A DNA stretch of 12,085 nt, from positions 1 to 12,085 of IMG/VR virus record IMGVR_UViG_3300035670_002505, one strand, 5' to 3'. Shown here one piece after another: positions 12,019-12,085 of the stretch (position 1 is the first letter of the stretch; the number at the start of each line of letters is the position of its first letter). The position numbers and the translations under genes were made by a program. The stretch is from a virus. Below the pieces are notes generated by a model, which was given only the letters and a program-made list of their open reading frames with translations, was not told the origin of the DNA and made no database searches.

Positions 12019-12085
12019 GGCACGGCGAGGGCCCAGAAGGGCCCGAGCCAGATGAGCGACTCTTAAGGGGGGAGGTAGGTGGGGG
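11959..12085. repeat. Right copy of the exact 127-bp direct terminal repeat.
   Basis: Same alignment as for 1..127, at an offset of 11,958 nt. Confidence 0.95.

Overview
The window is one complete small viral genome. Positions 1..127 are base-for-base identical to 11959..12085, so the unique unit is 11,958 bp, either a circular map or terminally redundant DNA.

About 26 tightly packed ORFs lie on the + strand only. The coding DNA is AT-rich (about one third GC in hand-counted lines). Many gene junctions are TAATG or ATGA overlaps.

The recognisable genes form a self-sufficient head-tail virus morphogenesis set:
- a ribbon-helix-helix (RHH) protein and two small ORFs upstream of the large terminase (Walker A GRQVGKST)
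- a portal and a scaffold-like protein
- a DUF2190-like decoration protein and an HK97-fold major capsid protein
- a tail fibre with a C1q/TNF-like tip

A final block of about 9 tiny ORFs has no recognisable function. I found no polymerase, Rep, integrase, tail tube, tape measure or lysin.

Five copies of an archaeal-type BRE/TATA element (GAAAnn + TTTAAATA-like) divide the genome into five transcription units. Four of them end exactly 21 nt before an ATGG start, which implies leaderless first genes. Internal genes carry GAGGT/GGGGGT Shine-Dalgarno motifs. This points to an AT-rich archaeal host.

The remaining roughly 0.8 kb (11456..12085 plus 128..243) is a non-coding, much more GC-rich island. 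It contains:
- a ~72-nt alternating pyrimidine-purine (CGCA/CA)n tract
- GTAGGT-core iterons
- two inverted copies of a GC hairpin
- a G-rich tract and a (TA)8 tract
- a 7-6-7 palindrome that recurs immediately upstream of the capsid promoter

Main claim: this is a previously undescribed, unusually small (~12 kb) archaeal head-tail virus or capsid-encoding element. All functional calls come from motif recognition by eye and need profile or structure searches.
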